A stretch of 64,000 bases of DNA from an uncultured Gemmatimonadales bacterium. GTDB lineage: Bacteria > Gemmatimonadota > Gemmatimonadetes > Gemmatimonadales > GWC2-71-9. Made by a program: the position numbers and the translations under genes. The notes beneath the pieces were generated by a model. It saw nothing but the letters and a program-made list of their open reading frames with translations, made no database searches and had not been told where the DNA came from. The stretch lies in the NCBI GenBank assembly GCA_963748815.1, contig CAVVKJ010000007.1:31173-95172 (forward strand), given 5' to 3'. Below, piece by piece: positions 50,822-59,898 of this stretch; position 1 is the first letter of the stretch, and each line of letters opens with the position of its first letter.

Positions 50822-51307
50822 GTGACCCCCGCCGAGCGAAACGACTGCATCCGCCGATACGCCGAAGGCCCCGCCCTCCTGGCCGAGGCCCTCGCCGCCG
50901 TCCCCGAGGCCGCCCTCCAGTGGCGTCCTGCCCCCGGCAAGTGGTCGGTCCACGAAGTCATCGTCCATTGCGCCGACAGCGAGGCCAACGCCCACATGCG
51001 TATCCGGTACCTCGTCGGCGAGCCGAATCCGGTCATCCAGGGGTACGACGAGGCGCATTGGGCTCGGGAGATGGACTACCACGCCCACCCGCTCGACCTG
51101 GCGCTCGCCACGGTGGTCGCGGTCCGGGCCAACACCGTGCCCCTGCTCCGTCGGCTGAGCGCGGCCGACTGGGCGAAACGGGGGCGGCATACCGAGACGG
51201 GGGAATACGGCGCAGAAGACTGGCTGCGATCATATGCGGAGCACCTCGAGGTCCACACGCGGCAGATCAAGCGGAATCTCGAGGCGTGGCGGGCGAGAAA
51301 GGACTGA
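50822..51307 (+). CDS. DinB/YfiT family protein
   Basis: PGKWSVHEVIVHCADSE...EHLEVH. SD GAGGAG before GTG 50822. Confidence 0.85.
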   Translation: MTPAERNDCIRRYAEGPALLAEALAAVPEAALQWRPAPGKWSVHEVIVHCADSEANAHMRIRYLVGEPNPVIQGYDEAHWAREMDYHAHPLDLALATVVAVRANTVPLLRRLSAADWAKRGRHTETGEYGAEDWLRSYAEHLEVHTRQIKRNLEAWRARKD

Positions 51308-51355
51308 GGACTGAGGACTGAGGGTTGCGGATCCGTCCTCAGTCCTCAGCCCTCA
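51300..51355. repeat. Inverted heptamer tandem repeat hairpin (AGGACTG)n...(CAGTCCT)n between convergent genes
   Basis: AGGACTGAGGACTGAGGACTGAGG-13 nt-CCTCAGTCCTCAGCCCTCA. Confidence 0.8.
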
Positions 51356-51358
51356 TAC

Positions 51359-52696
51359 CTATTTGTTCTTCATGGCCTTTTCGACGTCGGCCGCGGTGCG
51401 GGGGGCTCCGCCGGAAAGGAGTTGGTACCCCGTGGGTGTGACGACGACGTCATCCTCGATCCGGATGCCCAGTTTCTCCTCGGGGATGTAGATCCCCGGT
51501 TCCACCGTGAAGACCATGTTCGGGGCCAGCGGCGTCATGTAGCTGCCGACGTCGTGGACGTCCATTCCCAGCCAGTGGCTGAGGCCGTGGATGAAGTAGC
51601 GGTCGCAGGTGCCTGGAGCGCAGAGCTCGCCCGAGTGATCCTTCATGTAGGTGCGGGCGATCTGTCCCAGCCGACTCAGGGTCATGCCGGGCTGGATGGA
51701 ATCGAGCGCCGCCTGCTGGGTGGCGAGGACCAGGTTATAGAGGTCGAGCTGCCGGGGGGTAAACTTGCCGCTCGCGGGAATGGTCCGCGTAATATCCGCC
51801 GCGTAGAACCCGTACTCCGCCCCCATGTCCATGACCACGAGTTCCCCCGCCTGCAGCTGGCCCCGGCTGCGGTCATAGTGCAGCGTCGTCGCGTTGATCC
51901 CCGTCCCCACGATGCTCGGATACGCCAGGCGCTCCGCGCCCAGGCTCCGGAAGGTCCCTTCGGCGGCTCCCTCCAGCTCGTATTCCCAGGCGCCCGGATG
52001 CGCGGCACGCATCGCGGCCACATGCCCCTTGGCGCTGATCTCGGCGGCCATCCGCATCCGCCGCATCTCGTCGGCGTCCTTGACGAGCCGCATGGCGGCC
52101 AGCAGGGGCCTGAGGTCCGTCACCCCGGCGCCGCTGCCCAGCACCAGCTGCTGGTAGAAGGTGTCACTCACCGCCTCCTTCCCCAGCAAGAGGTACAGCT
52201 TGCCGCCCTGCGCGGTGCGCGACCGCACATACCCCCGGATCTGCTTTTCGGCCAGGTCGGCGGCGCGCGTCTCCTCGATGCCCGTCAGTGCCGACGCCTC
52301 CGCGCCGGGGCCGAGCCGGGCGCCGGTCCAGCGCTCGGCCATGGAGTCGCGCGCGGGGAGGTAGAGGTAGACCTGCGGGGCGAGGGTATCGCGGGCAATG
52401 AGCACCAGCCAGCTCGACGGTGTCTCCAGCCCGGTCAGGTAGAAGAAATCGTTGTTCTCCCGGTAGTCGCTGTCCTGCGGATAGTCCTCCTCGATGTTCC
52501 GCTGTTCGGAGGACCGGATGATCGCGATGCCGTTCCCCATCCGCTTCAGCAGGTCCGCGCGGCGCGCGGCGAGGTACTCCACCGGCACCGGCCCCGCCGG
52601 GGAGCCGACCTGGGCGGGAGCGAGGGCGGGCAGGGTGGCGAAAAGCGCGACCACCAGCGCGAGACGAGCGACACGGGACATGGCGGATTCCGTCAT
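51359..52696 (-). CDS. Exported Xaa-Pro aminopeptidase (M24B)
   Basis: Signal peptide, FFYLTG, TLHY, DMGAEY..YAADITRT, HGLSHWLGMDVHD, EPGIY, GIRIEDD. Confidence 0.92.
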   Translation of the reverse strand: MTESAMSRVARLALVVALFATLPALAPAQVGSPAGPVPVEYLAARRADLLKRMGNGIAIIRSSEQRNIEEDYPQDSDYRENNDFFYLTGLETPSSWLVLIARDTLAPQVYLYLPARDSMAERWTGARLGPGAEASALTGIEETRAADLAEKQIRGYVRSRTAQGGKLYLLLGKEAVSDTFYQQLVLGSGAGVTDLRPLLAAMRLVKDADEMRRMRMAAEISAKGHVAAMRAAHPGAWEYELEGAAEGTFRSLGAERLAYPSIVGTGINATTLHYDRSRGQLQAGELVVMDMGAEYGFYAADITRTIPASGKFTPRQLDLYNLVLATQQAALDSIQPGMTLSRLGQIARTYMKDHSGELCAPGTCDRYFIHGLSHWLGMDVHDVGSYMTPLAPNMVFTVEPGIYIPEEKLGIRIEDDVVVTPTGYQLLSGGAPRTAADVEKAMKNK

Positions 52697-53377
52697 TGAG
52701 AGGTGGGCGGAGCGGCGCGAATCACGAGGTCGAAGGGAACCGGGTCCTCGACGACGATCGAAAAGTGCCACCACTCCATCGAGTAGTTGGTGAAGCCTTC
52801 CAGGGCCATCACCTCTACGAGATGGTCTCGCGACTGTTTCACCGCGCCGGTGGCGTTGGCCGTGTGCGCCGCGTCCCCGAAGGTGTCGAACGGCGTGCCC
52901 ATCGGGCACCTCGACCCCGGAGTGGAGGTCCACCAGGGTCAGGTCCACCGCCACCCCCTGGTTGTGCCGGCTCCGCCGCGCGATGTACCCCGAGTCGAGG
53001 AGCCAGGTCTGGTTGGTCCGCTCGGTCCAGGCGACCATCGCCTGGGTGGCACGGACCGGCCGGTAGCCGTCCCAGATCTTGAGACCGAGTCCATCGGCCG
53101 CGAGGCGCTGCTGCACCCGGGCCAGCGCCTCCGCCGCCTCGCGGCGCAGCAGCGCCCGGTTGGCGTTGTATCCGGGAAGGGTGGCGCCGGTGAAGTTGTC
53201 CGGCCCGGCATAGCGGGCGTCGACCCGGATGGTGCTGTCGAGGGACCGGACGTCGACGAGGAGTTGCTCCGCGAGGACGTCGGGGGCGACCACCTGCGCG
53301 TCGGCGTTGGCCACGGCGGCCTGGGCGCCGAGCCCCGCAGGCCACCCGAACAGGAATAGGAGAAGCATCTTTCGCAT
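52693..53377 (-). CDS. D-Ala-D-Ala dipeptidase (VanX/DdpX, M15D), frameshift near 52905
   Basis: NFTG, DGYRP and SRHNQGVAVDLT in one frame. MGTPFD and EWWHF in the next. Confidence 0.88.
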
Positions 53378-53477
53378 CCGGGGAGAGTAAGCCCGGCACC
53401 CCCGCACCGGGAGAGGGGGGTCTTGCGGAGGAAGGGTCCCGGCCCGATTGTGGATCATCCCTCACCCTTGGTGCCCC

Positions 53478-54767
53478 GTGACGACTCGCCGCTCCTTCCT
53501 CGGATTCCTGTCGCTGCCATTGGCCGCTTCGGTCGCCCTCCCCCGCTTCGGCACCCCTCGTCCGATCGAGCCGCGCGGGCTGATGCCCAGCGACCTGGGC
53601 GCACTGGACGATGAGGCGTACTGGCGGGCACTCCGCACCCAGTTCACCATCCCGCCCGACGAGGCGTTCTTCAACACCGCCACCCTGGGCTCCAGCCCCC
53701 GCGCGGTCCAGGAGACGGTCATCGCGAGCATCCAGCACGTCAATCGCGACATCGCCGAGTGGGACTACAAGGCGGGCCATGAGAACTTCTTCACCGGGTA
53801 CTACCCGGAACTGCCGAGCCGGGACAAGGTGGCCACCACGCTGAACTGCACCGGACACGACGTCGCGCTCACCATGAATGCCACCTTCGGAATGAACTTC
53901 GTGGCCAACGGACTCGACCTGAAGCCGGGGGACGAGGTCATCGTGACCGACCAGGCCCATCCCGGCGGCCGGATGGGCTACGACCTCCGCGCCAAGCGCG
54001 ACGGGATCGTGGTCAAGGTGGTCACCGTGCCGACCCCTCCCCAGTCACCCGACCAGCTGATCCAGCTCTACCTCGACGCCACGACGCCGCGCACCCGGGT
54101 GTGGGCCATCCCGCACATCTCGAGCTCCCGCGCCATCCGCTATCCCGTCAACCAGCTCTGCGCCCTCGCCCGCGAGCGGAACATCTGGAGCGCGATCGAC
54201 GGGGCGCAGTCGCTCGGCCACGTCGCCATCGATGTGCAGGCGATGGGGTGCGACGCCTTCTTCGCGTCGCCACACAAGTGGATGCTCGCCCCCAAGGGCA
54301 CGGGACTCCTCTATGTGCGACCCGAACGACAGAAGGAGCTCTGGGCGACCATCGCCTCCAGCGCCTGGGACGACCAGGCCGACCCGATGTTCCGGCTGAT
54401 GCAGTATGGCACCGGCAACTTGAGCCTCCTCCTCGGCCTCGGCGTGGCGGTCGACTTTCACAATCAGATCGGTTCCGGAAAGATCGAGCAGCGCGACTTC
54501 GCCCTCGCCAATCGTCTTCGTGCCGGCCTGGCAAGCGTGCCGGGCGCCACCTTCGTCTCACCGACGCACCCCGACCTCACCTGCGGTACGACCGTCTACG
54601 GTCTCACGAACAAGACCGGGGCCGAAATCCAGGACTACCTCTGGGAGCGGGGAAAGGTCCGGGTCCGCAGCATGGGCGACATCGGCGTGCGCCACTCCTG
54701 CCACATCTACAACTCGCCCGACGAAGTGGACAAGGCGTTGGCATTGCTGAAGGAGATGTCGGCGTAG
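53478..54767 (+). CDS. Tat-exported class V PLP enzyme (isopenicillin N epimerase/cysteine desulfurase-like)
   Basis: MTTRRSFLG Tat motif, FNTATLG, DGAQSLG, SPHKW (PLP Lys), RHSCHIYN. Confidence 0.85.
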   Translation: MTTRRSFLGFLSLPLAASVALPRFGTPRPIEPRGLMPSDLGALDDEAYWRALRTQFTIPPDEAFFNTATLGSSPRAVQETVIASIQHVNRDIAEWDYKAGHENFFTGYYPELPSRDKVATTLNCTGHDVALTMNATFGMNFVANGLDLKPGDEVIVTDQAHPGGRMGYDLRAKRDGIVVKVVTVPTPPQSPDQLIQLYLDATTPRTRVWAIPHISSSRAIRYPVNQLCALARERNIWSAIDGAQSLGHVAIDVQAMGCDAFFASPHKWMLAPKGTGLLYVRPERQKELWATIASSAWDDQADPMFRLMQYGTGNLSLLLGLGVAVDFHNQIGSGKIEQRDFALANRLRAGLASVPGATFVSPTHPDLTCGTTVYGLTNKTGAEIQDYLWERGKVRVRSMGDIGVRHSCHIYNSPDEVDKALALLKEMSA

Positions 54768-54768
54768 G

Positions 54769-54824
54769 AAGCGGGGAAGCGGGGAAGCGGGGAAGCGGGG
54801 AAGCGGGGAAGCGGGGAAGCGGGG
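54769..54824 (+). repeat. Perfect octamer tandem repeat (AAGCGGGG)x7
   Basis: Seven copies counted directly after the stop codon at 54767. Confidence 0.95.
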
Positions 54825-54840
54825 CGGACGCTGGCCACCA

Positions 54841-54909
54841 CGTCATTCCCGCGCAAGCGGGAATCCAGGGCTCATGGCACAATGGACCCCCGCTTGCGCG
54901 GGGGTGACG
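54841..54909. repeat. CGTC-type REP doublet (inverted pair)
   Basis: CGTCATTCCCGCGCAAGCGGGAATCCA (54841-54867) and TGGACCCCCGCTTGCGCGGGGGTGACG (54883-54909), each itself palindromic. Confidence 0.8.
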
Positions 54910-54988
54910 GCTGCGGGACACGGCCAACGCATTGAAACACATACGGTTACCACCGCACCTGTCCAAAATCGCCCGAGCATCGCATCTT

Positions 54989-55052
54989 AAAGGACGTGAA
55001 TGCTGAGAGTGCCCGATGAGAGAATCCTTCTCTCGGGCACGTCCTTTTTTTT
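54989..55052 (+). terminator. greA 5' leader with hairpin and U-tract (attenuator-like)
   Basis: GTGCCCGA (55009-16) pairs with TCGGGCAC (55033-40). AAAGGACGTG (54989-98) pairs with CACGTCCTTT (55038-47). T8 at 55045-52, 13 nt before the greA ATG. Confidence 0.7.
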
Positions 55053-55065
55053 GTCGGAACCGCCC

Positions 55066-55533
55066 ATGATCACCGAAATGCGCGAGAAGCTCGGCCGGGA
55101 GATCGAAGCCCTGACGCACGAGCTCACCATCACCCTTCCCCAGGCCATTGCCCAGGCCGTGGAGATGGGCGACCTGCGCGAGAACTCCGAGTACAAGGCG
55201 GCGCTCGAGCGGCAGCAGTTCGTGCAGGCCCGGCTCGGGCAACTGCACCAGCGGCTGAGCCAGCTGAGCGACCTCGCCGGCACCGAGACGCCCACCGACC
55301 GGGTGGGACTCGGATCGCGGGTGACAGTGCTCGACCTCGACAGCAAGGAAACCGACACCTATATGCTGGTCCTCGCCGAGATGATGGATCTCGAGGACGG
55401 GCACGTCTCGTTCGCCTCGCCGCTTGGACGGGCCCTGGTGGACCGGCGGGTGGGCGACGAAGTGGAGCTTCGCCTGCCGCGGATGACGCGGCGGCTGCGG
55501 GTGATGGAGTTGGTGACGGCGCACCAGGCGTAA
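55066..55533 (+). CDS. greA: Transcription elongation factor GreA/GreB
   Basis: GDLRENSEYKAA, VGLGSRVTV, SFASPLGRAL. Confidence 0.9.
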   Translation: MITEMREKLGREIEALTHELTITLPQAIAQAVEMGDLRENSEYKAALERQQFVQARLGQLHQRLSQLSDLAGTETPTDRVGLGSRVTVLDLDSKETDTYMLVLAEMMDLEDGHVSFASPLGRALVDRRVGDEVELRLPRMTRRLRVMELVTAHQA

Positions 55534-55547
55534 TTCACGCCCAGGGA

Positions 55548-55925
55548 GTGATCATGGAATTCCCCAAGAAGCAGTTACTGGTGGTCGGCGACCGGGTGCT
55601 CATCACCCCCGAGGAGGGGGAAGAGCGCACGCGGGTCGGACTCTACCTGCCCGCGTCGGCCATGGAGGGCCAGCAGGTGCAGGCGGGGCTGATCGTGGCC
55701 ACCGGCCCCGGGGAGCCGATGCCGGATTTCAGCACCCTCGATGAGGAGCCCTGGAAGACCTCGAAACGGGAGCAGACTCGCCACCGCCCAATGCAGGCGC
55801 GGGTCGGCGACACCGCCATCTTCTTCCGGAAGGCGGCGGTCGAAATCACGTTCGAGGAACGGAAGTATCTCGTCGTCCCCCTCGCGGCGATTCTCGTGCT
55901 GGTGCGCGAGGACCTGCCCCTCTAG
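55548..55925 (+). CDS. GroES family co-chaperonin (orphan, with insertion)
   Basis: GDRVLI..ERTRVGLYLP..GLIVATGPG..VGDTAIF..YLVV...AIL. Confidence 0.85.
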   Translation: MIMEFPKKQLLVVGDRVLITPEEGEERTRVGLYLPASAMEGQQVQAGLIVATGPGEPMPDFSTLDEEPWKTSKREQTRHRPMQARVGDTAIFFRKAAVEITFEERKYLVVPLAAILVLVREDLPL

Positions 55926-55935
55926 CCGCGCCGTC

Positions 55936-56307
55936 ATGCCCTCCTCGCAGCATCATGCGCTGGTCCGCCTGGCGGGCGTCGCCGCCGCCGCCTCGCTCGT
56001 CATCGCCGTCGCCGGTTTCCGTCGCATCGTTCCGGAAGATTTCGCCTTCATCGGATTGGGATTGTTCGTCGCCTTCCTGGTGCTGATTGCCGCCCTCGCC
56101 TGGCGATCGCGGCAGCAGGTCCTGGCCCAGCGCGACATCGTCGAACGCGGGCAGATGATCGTGATCCTGGCGGCACAGCTCCGGGATGAAGACTCCGCCG
56201 CCCTCGAGCAGAGGGTCCGGCGCGGCGGGTCGGCGGGGGAGGCCGCCGCGCTTATTCTTCAAGGGAGGGCGGAGCGCCAGCGGCGCCACCCCGGGTCGGC
56301 GCCCTGA
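55936..56307 (+). CDS. Hypothetical two-TM protein
   Basis: ATG 55936, two hydrophobic helices, same-strand run. Confidence 0.6.
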   Translation: MPSSQHHALVRLAGVAAAASLVIAVAGFRRIVPEDFAFIGLGLFVAFLVLIAALAWRSRQQVLAQRDIVERGQMIVILAAQLRDEDSAALEQRVRRGGSAGEAAALILQGRAERQRRHPGSAP

Positions 56308-56349
56308 CCGCCGTTCGCTCCCCGCACGTCTCGCTTCCACTGGACCACC

Positions 56350-56877
56350 ATGTGCTTCTTCCTCTACATCGCCAGTCCGCTCACGCTGAGCGAAGTGCGC
56401 TCGATGCTCCCCCCCGGGCTGACGGCGGACCTGCTGCCGCCGACGGAACAGGGGGAATTGCGCGCGCTTTTCCCCGAGGCCCAGACCACCGCCCGGGTGC
56501 TCCGGGGCGGCTGCTCCTGCGACCTGGTGACCGAACGGAAAGCGGCCAGTGAGGATGAAGCGCGCCTGCGTGTGCGCTATCGCAACCTCGGGTACAGCCG
56601 GGACCAGGTGGTCCGCGCCCTCGGTATTCACCGCCGGGCGCTCGAACAGCGCACGCGGCCGGCAGGACACTGGCCGAAGGCGTTCGCGGCGTTTGTCGCC
56701 GAGCATGCGCGGAACGCCGGCCCGACGCTCTTCTACCTCCAGTTCGGGCACGAGGGGCTGCAGCGGGTCGGGGCGGACCCTCCCCGCCCGATCCTGACCG
56801 CCGATGTGCGAGCGTTCCCGGGAGTCTGGCTCCCGGAAGACGCGCCGATCCTGGTGGTGCGGGACGACGCCGAGTGA
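56350..56877 (+). CDS. Hypothetical protein (N-terminal Cys plus CSC motif)
   Basis: MCFFLYIASP...GGCSCDLV. GTGA overlap with the next gene. Confidence 0.65.
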   Translation: MCFFLYIASPLTLSEVRSMLPPGLTADLLPPTEQGELRALFPEAQTTARVLRGGCSCDLVTERKAASEDEARLRVRYRNLGYSRDQVVRALGIHRRALEQRTRPAGHWPKAFAAFVAEHARNAGPTLFYLQFGHEGLQRVGADPPRPILTADVRAFPGVWLPEDAPILVVRDDAE

Positions 56878-57278
56878 ACGGCTGGCGGATGTTCCTGCGG
56901 GCACTTCGACTGCGGTGTCCGGCCTGCGGCGGCGGTCCCGTCTTCCTCTCCTGGTTTCGGCTCGCTCCGAGTTGTCCGACCTGCGGACTGCGGTTCGAGC
57001 GGGGTGAGGAGGGATACTGGGTCGGCTCCTATATGTTCAACATCGTGGCGTCGGAGCTGTTCTTTGCCGCGGCCGCAGTCGCCGTGGCGGTCGCCACCTG
57101 GCCGACGCCGCCCTGGACGTTGATCACGGCTGGCGGCGTCACGCTGATGATCCTGGCGCCGCTGGCGTTCCTTCCCTTTTCGAAGGTGCTCTTCCTGGCG
57201 TTCGACCTGTTCTTCCGTCCCCCGGTGGAGTCGGATTTCGCCGCGCCATCGGAACCCGCCGCAGGCCGGCGGGTGTGA
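56874..57278 (+). CDS. DUF983 family zinc-ribbon membrane protein
   Basis: RCPACG...CPTCG...EEGYW plus two TM segments. Confidence 0.8.
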   Translation: MNGWRMFLRALRLRCPACGGGPVFLSWFRLAPSCPTCGLRFERGEEGYWVGSYMFNIVASELFFAAAAVAVAVATWPTPPWTLITAGGVTLMILAPLAFLPFSKVLFLAFDLFFRPPVESDFAAPSEPAAGRRV

Positions 57279-57298
57279 CCCAACGCCCCGGAGTCCCG

Positions 57299-58391
57299 AT
57301 GCAACCCTCCCGATTCGTTTTTGCCGCGGTGTCTGGCCTCGTCGCTGGCCTGCTCCTCCTCATCGCCAGCTCCGGACGCGATCAGTCCCGCCGCCATGCC
57401 GCGGCCGACCCTCACCACCCAGACGGTGGACACCCGCCAGTTGCTGCAGGCGGTCAGCGTGGTCAACAACGACGTCGTCTGGGTGAGCGGACATGGCGGC
57501 ACGTGGGCGCGGACCGAGGACGGCGGCACCACCTGGACCACCGGCGTCGTGCCGGGCCACGACTCGCTGCAGTTTCGCGACCTCCACGCGCTCGACGCGA
57601 AGCGGGCCTGGCTCATGAGCGCCGGCAATGGGGCCGCGTCCCAGATCTGGTACTCGGGCGACGGCGGGAAGAACTGGACCCAGCAGTTCCGGAACGGAAG
57701 TTCGAAGGCGTTCTACGACTGCATGGGCTTCTGGGACGACAAGCACGGCATCGCGCTCAGTGACGGCGTGGACGGCATCTTTCCCGTCCTCGCCACCCGG
57801 AACGGCAAGAGCTGGATGCTCCTGTCGGAGGCGGCGAGCCCCCAGGCCCGTCCGGGCGAGGGCTCCTTCGCCGCCAGCGGGACCTGCCTCGCGACCCGGG
57901 GCGACCAGCGCGCCTGGTTCGGCACCGGCGCCGCCGTGGAGGGGTACGCGCGGGTGATTCGAACGACCGACGAGGGACGGAGCTGGAAGAGCGCCGAGAC
58001 GCCGATCGTCACCAGCGCGTCGGCCGGTATCGCCACGGTGGCGTTTCGCGATGACATGCACGGCGTGGCGATGGGGGGCAACATCGCCAAGCCGGACACC
58101 TTCACGATGAACGTCGCCGTCACCTCCGACGGAGGCGCCACCTGGGAGGCGGGCACGCCTGTCCCCTTCCCCGGCGCGGTCTACGGGTCCGCCTACTCGG
58201 CGGACAACGGCCGGTCGATCCTTGTCGCCGTCGGTCCGAAGGGGGCGGCCGTCTCCTGGGACGACGCCCGGACGTGGGTCCTGATCGACGCCGGCAACTA
58301 CTGGAGTGTCGGGATGGGCAAGGGGGGGCGGGGGTGGCTGGTGGGTCCCGGGGGAAAGATTCGCCGGCTGGACCCGGGCACCGCGCCCTAG
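57299..58391 (+). CDS. YCF48/BNR-repeat beta-propeller exported protein (probable frameshift in signal region)
   Basis: Repeated xT.DGG.TW Asp-boxes, FRDLHA, FYDCMGFWD, EGSFAASG. Confidence 0.8.
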
Positions 58392-58885
58392 TCGTCGTCG
58401 TCCTCCCCACCTCCGCCGCCACCGCCCGGGGCGTTACCGGAAATCTGGAGCGTGCCGGCTGCGGGATCGTACACGGTGTTCAACTCGAAAAGGTTGCTGG
58501 TCTTCTGACCGCCGGTCCACACGCCGGTCACGGCGAAGGTGGCGCCGTGATTGGGGCAGTGGAATCCGCTCCCCTGGATGGTGACGGTGGTCCCGGCGTG
58601 CGGGCACACCATCGAATAGGCGCGGTAGGCGTCCACGCCGCTGTGATAGACCGCCACCGGCGTCCCTGAATTGCCGTCCACCCGGGCCACCCCTCCCACG
58701 GAGGCGAGCGGCGGGAAGCTGTTGACGTCGATCGAAAGATTCACCACCCCGCCTGGCCCGAGTGCGCCCCCGAAGACTCCATCACCGCACGCCGCGACGA
58801 GCACCGCGGCGACCGCCGCCATCGACGTGTCGGCCAGGAAGGCCCGACGCGAGAGTTCGCGTCGGCCGCATGATCCGTCACACAT
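58388..58885 (-). CDS. Tat-exported Rieske [2Fe-2S] lipoprotein
   Basis: SRRAFL, VAAC lipobox, CPHAG...CPNHG. Confidence 0.88.
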   Translation of the reverse strand: MCDGSCGRRELSRRAFLADTSMAAVAAVLVAACGDGVFGGALGPGGVVNLSIDVNSFPPLASVGGVARVDGNSGTPVAVYHSGVDAYRAYSMVCPHAGTTVTIQGSGFHCPNHGATFAVTGVWTGGQKTSNLFELNTVYDPAAGTLQISGNAPGGGGGGGEDDDD

Positions 58886-58900
58886 GCCGTCTCCTCTCCC

Positions 58901-59404
58901 TCAGCCGAGGGGGATCTTGGCCGCGGCCCATCCCGCGGGGTCCTTGTCCTCTTCGAACATCACGTCCACGTCGACCACCACCGTCTCCCCCTCCCGCCGA
59001 ATGGCCAGGCGGTCCATCCCGCGGGTCGCCCGACCTGAGATGAAGGTGCCGTCGGGCTGGTACTTCGATTTGTGCTTGGGGCACTGAAAGCGCTGGTCGG
59101 CGGGCAACCACTTGAGGGCGGTGTTCTGGTGGGGGCAGGAGAGGTTGAAGGCGTACACCATCCCCTCGAACCGCACCAGGATGACCTGTTCCTGCTTGTC
59201 GATGGTGGCGCCGTCGGCCGCGGGAATGGGGTAGGTGACGCTGGCCCCACGGACCCGCAGGGCACGTCCGCTTCGCACCGTCATCGCCTCGGCGGTCTCG
59301 GCGGAGGCACCAAGCGCCGCGAACGTGAGCAGCAGCGAGGCCGCCGCGCGCAGGAAGTCCCGGCGCCCTTCCAGTTCGCAACGACCGCACTCGTCGCGGC
59401 TCAC
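58901..59404 (-). CDS. Tat-exported Rieske [2Fe-2S] protein
   Basis: GTG 59404, GRRDFL, CPHQN...CPKHKSKY..DG....G.A.R.MDR. Confidence 0.88.
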   Translation of the reverse strand: MSRDECGRCELEGRRDFLRAAASLLLTFAALGASAETAEAMTVRSGRALRVRGASVTYPIPAADGATIDKQEQVILVRFEGMVYAFNLSCPHQNTALKWLPADQRFQCPKHKSKYQPDGTFISGRATRGMDRLAIRREGETVVVDVDVMFEEDKDPAGWAAAKIPLG

Positions 59405-59895
59405 AGGTTCACCAGCATGACGCCGGTCAGCACCGCGACCAGCCAGAGGAGGGAACTGGCCGCTGCGGAACGCCGGAGTGCCTGCCAGGCGCGCTCCGTC
59501 ATGTCTCCCGCTGCCAGCCGATGACCGGTTCTCCTCAACGCGGCCCCGTTCAGGAGCAACGCCGCCAGGAAGCCCATCTTGATCCAAAAGACGGGAGTCG
59601 TGGCGAAGGTCGAGACATCGGCAAAGAAGAGGAGGAACCCGCTCACGAACGAAAGGCCGAGGCCGATCACGACGGGCGTGTGGATGGCGTTGAGCTCGGC
59701 CACGTGCACCCGACGGACCGACGCGTCGGCGTGGGTGGCCCGGAACACGGAGCGATCCGCGGCGAGCGCCAGTCCGCCGGCCACGAGAAACCCGCCGATG
59801 TGACTGAACATCACGCCGTTCATGAGCAGCGTGGAGTTGTCGTACAGGGTGGCCCAGGGTTCCGCGAGGTGCGCGAGCGATTCGACGAGTGACAT
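59401..59895 (-). CDS. Four-TM membrane protein (DUF6644/CopD-like)
   Basis: FSHIGG..., SGFLLF, FWIKM..L, SSLLWL pattern. Confidence 0.7.
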   Translation of the reverse strand: MSLVESLAHLAEPWATLYDNSTLLMNGVMFSHIGGFLVAGGLALAADRSVFRATHADASVRRVHVAELNAIHTPVVIGLGLSFVSGFLLFFADVSTFATTPVFWIKMGFLAALLLNGAALRRTGHRLAAGDMTERAWQALRRSAAASSLLWLVAVLTGVMLVNL

Positions 59896-59898
59896 CGT

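Noticed and set aside
51359-53458. VanX-aminopeptidase P fusion (699 aa)
   Set aside because: The VanX C-terminal motif EWWHF lies in a different frame with its own stop at 52693, and the peptidase has its own signal peptide.
58388-59895. Cytochrome bc1/b6f (petABC) operon or ring-hydroxylating dioxygenase
   Set aside because: No PEWY-type cytochrome b, no c1, no disulfide Cys in the Rieske boxes and no catalytic alpha subunit.
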